This document shows positions 59,901-64,000 of a stretch of DNA of 64,000 nucleotides, one piece after another. Source of the DNA: an uncultured Gemmatimonadales bacterium (GTDB lineage Bacteria > Gemmatimonadota > Gemmatimonadetes > Gemmatimonadales > GWC2-71-9); NCBI GenBank assembly GCA_963771275.1, contig CAVYSW010000009.1, positions 128,001-192,000 of the forward strand. The letters run 5' to 3'. How positions within the stretch are numbered: position 1 is the stretch's first letter; each line of letters starts with the position of its first letter. A program made the translations under genes and the position numbers. Under the pieces are notes generated by a model, which did no database searches, was not told the origin of the DNA, and saw only the letters and a program-made list of their open reading frames with translations.

Positions 59901-61802
59901 CTACATCTCCACCTGCACGCCCACCTCGAACACCTGACCCGGCGGGATCTGGAAGAACGCCGTGGCCGAGAGGGCGTTGCGCGACAGGAGCGCGAACAGG
60001 CGCTCCCGCCAGCGGGCCATGGCGGGGCGCTTGGCCGCGACGAGCGTCTCGCGGCCGAGGAAGAAGGTGGTGGCCTCGAGCCGGACCTCGACCCCGTGAG
60101 GGCCAAGGCGGCTCAGGATGTCGGGCATGCTCGGCTCCTCCATGAACCCGTACCGCGCCGTGATCGAGTGGAAGCCGTTCCCCAGGAACCGCACCGCAAC
60201 CCGCTCGTTCGGCGGCACGCTGGGGACCTCCTCCGAGAGCACGGAGACGAACAGCACCTGTTGGTGCAGCACCTTGTTGTGCGCCAGGTTGTGCACCAGC
60301 GCCGCCGGCGTCTCGCCGACGTTGGGGGTCAGGAACACCGCGGTGCCGGGCACCCGCGTCGGCGGCTCGGCCGCGATATCGCCGAGGAGGATCTCGAGCG
60401 GGACGGCGCTCTCGCGGAGGCGCGAGCGGAGCAGCGCGCGCCCGCGCTGCCACGTCGTCAGGATGGTGTACACCACGGCGGCGACGACGAGCGGGAACCA
60501 GCCGCCGTGCTCGACCTTGATCACGTTCGCGGTGAAGAAGGCGAGGTCCACGAGCAGGAAGGTCGCGGTGACGGCCAGCGAGGCCGCCAGGGGCCACCCC
60601 CAGAGCTTGCGCGTGACCACGAACGCCAGGGCGGTGGTGACGATCATGGTGGTCGTCACCGCCACCCCGTAGGCGTGGGCGAGGCCGCTCGACGTGCGGA
60701 ACGCCAGCACGACCCCGATGGTCGCCACCGCCAGCGCCCAATTGACCCCCGGGACGTAGATCTGCCCGATCGTGCGTGCCGACGTGTGGACGATGCTCAT
60801 CCGCGGCAGGTAGCCGAGCTGCACGGCCTGACGGGTGAGCGAGAACGCCCCGGAGATGATCGCCTGCGACGCAATGATCGCCGCCATCGTGGCCAGCGCG
60901 ACGAGCGGGTAGAGCCCCCAGTCCGGTGCCAATTGGTAGAACGGGTTGCGCACCGTCCCCGGGGCCGCGAGCAGCAGGGCTCCCTGCCCGAAGTAGTTGA
61001 GCACCAGGGAGGGCCCCACCAGGGTGAACCAGTCGAGCTGGATCGGCCGCTCGCCGAAGTGGCCGAGGTCGGCATAGAGCGCCTCGCCGCCGGTCGCCAC
61101 CAGGAAGACGGCTCCGAGCACGACGAAGGCGGTGAATCGGTTGGCGGCGAAGAAGCGTACGGCGTGCACGGGGCTCACCGCTTCGAGCACGCCGGGCTCC
61201 ATCAGGATGCCCCGGACCCCGAGTGCCGCGATGGTGATGAACCACACGAGGAGCACCGGCCCGAACACGCTCCCTACCCCGGCCGTGCCGCGGCGCTGGA
61301 CCAGGAACAGCGCGGTGAGAATCGCGATCGAGATCGGGACGACGTAGGGACTCAGGACCGGGGTGGCCACCTCCAGCCCCTCGACGGCCCCGAGCACCGA
61401 GATCGCCGGGGTGATGACGCCGTCGCCATAGAGCAGCGCGCCGCCGAACAGCCCGAGGGCCACCACGACCCATTGTCGCCGTCGCCCCGTCACCGCGCCG
61501 CGCACCAGCGCCATGAGCGCGAGGATTCCCCCTTCGCCGCGGTTGTCGGCGCGGATCACGTACACGTGATACTTGGCGGTGACGACGATGATGAGGGACC
61601 AGAAGATCAGCGACAGGATGCCAAGGACGTTCTCCCGCGTCACCGGCACGGCGCGGAGCCCGAAGAAGCACTCGCGCACCGCGTACAGGGGACTCGTCCC
61701 GATGTCTCCGTAGACGACGCCGAGGGCGGTCAGCGAGAGCGCCAGCAGGTACCGCCCGTGCGGCCGCTCGTGCCCGCCGGACTGCGCCAGCGGTGCCGTC
61801 AT
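59901..61802 (-). CDS. kup: KUP/HAK/KT potassium transporter
   Basis: ALGVVYGDIGTSPLYA, ADNRGEGG, YGDGVITPAISV, TGGEALYADLGHF. Confidence 0.95.
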   Translation of the reverse strand: MTAPLAQSGGHERPHGRYLLALSLTALGVVYGDIGTSPLYAVRECFFGLRAVPVTRENVLGILSLIFWSLIIVVTAKYHVYVIRADNRGEGGILALMALVRGAVTGRRRQWVVVALGLFGGALLYGDGVITPAISVLGAVEGLEVATPVLSPYVVPISIAILTALFLVQRRGTAGVGSVFGPVLLVWFITIAALGVRGILMEPGVLEAVSPVHAVRFFAANRFTAFVVLGAVFLVATGGEALYADLGHFGERPIQLDWFTLVGPSLVLNYFGQGALLLAAPGTVRNPFYQLAPDWGLYPLVALATMAAIIASQAIISGAFSLTRQAVQLGYLPRMSIVHTSARTIGQIYVPGVNWALAVATIGVVLAFRTSSGLAHAYGVAVTTTMIVTTALAFVVTRKLWGWPLAASLAVTATFLLVDLAFFTANVIKVEHGGWFPLVVAAVVYTILTTWQRGRALLRSRLRESAVPLEILLGDIAAEPPTRVPGTAVFLTPNVGETPAALVHNLAHNKVLHQQVLFVSVLSEEVPSVPPNERVAVRFLGNGFHSITARYGFMEEPSMPDILSRLGPHGVEVRLEATTFFLGRETLVAAKRPAMARWRERLFALLSRNALSATAFFQIPPGQVFEVGVQVEM

Positions 61803-62224
61803 TCCGCGACGACCCGCACCGCCCCGATCTCGAGCAGCGCCTCCAGCATGTTCGCTGCGCCGCCGTGCTCGACGATGCGGCCCGCGACGACCCGATCGAC
61901 GTTGACGCCCGTGATCACGACGGGACGCCCGGTGGGCTTGATGCCGAGCCACGTGCCCCGGTGCGTGCCGCGCGCCGTCAGCTGCGTCACCACCCACTCG
62001 CCTTCGGCGATCTGGCGCTCGACGGTGAGGCACAAGTCCGCGTACACCTCACGCACCCCACGGACGTGCTGGGCCATGCCCTCGACCCCGCTGGTCACGC
62101 GGACCTTGCCGTCGGTCTCGACGCAATCCGTCGAGACGAAGTCAGCCAGGCCATCGACGTTGCCGGTGTTGACGACTTCCTCGATGAAGCGTCGCACGAG
62201 GCGCTTGTTCGCTTCCAGAGTCAT
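61799..62224 (-). CDS. Ester cyclase / SnoaL-like protein
   Basis: EANKRLVRRFIEEV, IAEGEWV, GTHRGTWLGIKPTG. Confidence 0.88.
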   Translation of the reverse strand: MTLEANKRLVRRFIEEVVNTGNVDGLADFVSTDCVETDGKVRVTSGVEGMAQHVRGVREVYADLCLTVERQIAEGEWVVTQLTARGTHRGTWLGIKPTGRPVVITGVNVDRVVAGRIVEHGGAANMLEALLEIGAVRVVAE

Positions 62225-62339
62225 CGGGCGACCTCGGTCCCGTCCCAGGGTGGCGATCAATGTAGACCGGCGGCGCGCGACGGGCGAGGGACCGGCGGAA
62301 AGCATCAGGGAACGGCGATGTCGCGAAACGCGCGCGGCG

Positions 62340-62475
62340 TGAGCCCGAGTACCTGGCCTCGGCGCTGCCGGGATCGGCGACACCCTGGAGCCGCGGCGCG
62401 GGCTCGGGATAGAAGGTCCAGCCCTCTGGGCAACGCTGGCCGGTTGCGGTGGACCCTTGAGCGGACCCTTGCACG
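62340..62475 (-). pseudogene. Short internal fragment of a larger secreted protein gene
   Basis: CKGPL(fs)...ATGQRCPEGWTFYPEPAPRLQGVADPGSAEARY; no start; abuts repeat copy 2. Confidence 0.45.
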
Positions 62476-62484
62476 TGCGCCGGT

Positions 62485-62798
62485 CGACCGGTTCGCGCTA
62501 TACGCCGCCAATCAGCTCGGCACCGACGCCGACGGCAACGTGCTGGTGGACCTGAACCGCGACGGCGGCACGGACTTCGTCCTGGACAATCCGAATTTCC
62601 GCTACCTGTCGCTCCGCGGGAACGCGGTGCTGCGCTGGGAGTACCGCCGCGGCTCGACGCTGTTCCTCGTCTGGCAGCACGGCCGGGAGGACTCCAACCA
62701 CCAGGGCACCTTCAGCCTGCGGCAGGGACTCGACCAGCTGTTCGCCGCCCCGGCCACGAACACGCTGCTCGTGAAGCTCAACTACTGGCTGAGTCTCT
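62485..62798 (+). repeat. 314-bp direct repeat, copy 2 (orphan 3' end of the DUF5916 gene)
   Basis: Identical to 57189-57502; diverges within the stop codon (TAG vs TGA). Confidence 0.9.
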
Positions 62799-62982
62799 GA
62801 CAGACATGAAAAGTGAGAAGTGAAAAGTCGGTCCCCGGCGCCGACTGGCGTTCACGCTTCCCTCTTCCCTTGGTCGACGGGCGGGCCGGGTTCAGGTAGC
62901 TACACCTGACCGTCACCTTTCTGTAATCCGGCCGTCCCGTCACCTACCGTTCCCATCTTGAGGTCAGTCGTCGGCAAGGAGT

Positions 62983-63471
62983 TCACCCGCCGGCCTTTCC
63001 GATGCGCACGCGCTTCAAGTGGCGGTACTCGCGCCAAATGAGCAGCAGCACGGCGAGATCGCCGGCCGTCAACAGCGCCAGGACGATGGAGTGTGCGAGG
63101 ATGCCGCGGTAGCTCTGGTAGAGCACGAACACCCCGAGGAAGCCGAGTGCCGCCGGAAAGACCCGGAGCCTCTCCCGCAGCAGGCCCACCATCAGCAGCA
63201 GCTTGATCAGGCCGTGCCCCAGCAGATATATCGCGGCGGCCAGCGTCGTGGTGGAAGAGATGTGGTTGACGACGTGGCGCAGCAGATTGGCGACCTCGTC
63301 GGCCGGGTCCTCGGACAGCTCGTGGGCCGTCAGGAACCGCACGATCGTGTTGAGCGTCCCGGGATCGACGACGAGAAACACGAGGCCGCCGATCACTTCC
63401 AGCGCGCCGTCGACACCCTTTACGATCACGCCCAGTCGAAACAGCCGGTGCGCCGTGCCACCCTGCTTCAT
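62983..63471 (-). CDS. DUF2127-like membrane protein
   Basis: KGVDGALEVIGG, HELSEDPAD, YLLGHGLIKL, WREY. Confidence 0.8.
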   Translation of the reverse strand: MKQGGTAHRLFRLGVIVKGVDGALEVIGGLVFLVVDPGTLNTIVRFLTAHELSEDPADEVANLLRHVVNHISSTTTLAAAIYLLGHGLIKLLLMVGLLRERLRVFPAALGFLGVFVLYQSYRGILAHSIVLALLTAGDLAVLLLIWREYRHLKRVRIGKAGG

Positions 63472-63615
63472 GCCGCACCTCGGCTCCCACAGGAGAATCG
63501 CATCCGGGTCAGGCGGGGCCGGTGAGCTTCTACCCCCCGTTGGGGTACCCTACACGGGGACAACACGGTTGTCCAACTCGATTCCTAGCATGAGACGCGC
63601 ATCCTGCCCGAGCAC

Positions 63616-64000
63616 GTGACGAACGGCGTGCACGCGCCGCGGCTCCTCGCCGAGACCTTCCGCGGCGACCTCCGCTACCTCATGGCGGGCCGCGCGCTAC
63701 GCAGCCTGACCCAGGGGTATCTCGCCGTCGTCGTCCCGCTGTTCCTGGTGGAGCTCGGCTACAACAGCATCCATGTGGGCGCTCTGCTCACGGCCGCGGC
63801 CGGAACCGGCGCCCTGCTCACGGGGCTCGTCGGCTTCGCCGGGGACCGCTACGGCCGCAAGCCGCTGCTGGTGTTGCTCGGGCTCTTCACGGCAGCCGGC
63901 GCGGTCGCCTTCGCCCTGTCGACCTGGTATCCGGTGCTGGTCGTCGCCGGCTCCCTCGGCACCATTGGCCGGGGCGGGGGCGCGGCCAGCGGCGGCGCGT
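63616..64000 (+). CDS. MFS transporter, runs off window
   Basis: Manual translation ...RALRSLTQGYLAVVVPLFLVELGY...GDRYGRKPLL (MFS motif A). Confidence 0.8.
   Translation, partial: MTNGVHAPRLLAETFRGDLRYLMAGRALRSLTQGYLAVVVPLFLVELGYNSIHVGALLTAAAGTGALLTGLVGFAGDRYGRKPLLVLLGLFTAAGAVAFALSTWYPVLVVAGSLGTIGRGGGAASGGA

Noticed and set aside
57189..62798. Direct repeat as a diversity-generating retroelement TR/VR pair
   Set aside because: Copies are identical with no adenine-specific mismatches, and no reverse transcriptase is in the window

Overview
Very GC-rich bacterial DNA. The gene repertoire (ERELGxGGMATVYLA-type Ser/Thr kinases, BTAD-AAA regulator, many secreted M28/S46/M1/M48 peptidases, heptamer intergenic repeats) suggests Gemmatimonadota; this is inference. 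Most of the window is ordinary metabolism and envelope genes: GH2 beta-galactosidase and galK, a sodium:solute symporter, peptidases, acyl-CoA dehydrogenase, amidase, pabB/pabC-like genes, gpmA, kup, tRNA-Trp and tRNA-His. It also holds two type II toxin-antitoxin pairs and several decayed genes. The standout is a candidate undescribed peptide (RiPP-like or pheromone-like) system at about 20.0-29.7 kb. It has three paralogous 51-52 aa precursors with a near-identical leader ending EELE(E/D)RIAP and variable 6-8 aa cores. These lie with a YkgJ/CxxCxxCC Fe-S protein, a GAF-GAF-membrane-fusion protein, a second membrane-fusion protein, an RRE-like/M50 protease/membrane-fusion protein and a divergent BTAD-AAA regulator. 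Phased TTCACG boxes precede both precursor promoters, and a broken deiminase-like gene adjoins the cluster. A second oddity is a tRNA-Leu-like RNA (33276-33359) whose non-canonical anticodon arm is perfectly complementary to a 13-nt segment in a structured 3' trailer. All calls were made by eye from motifs; no database searches were run.
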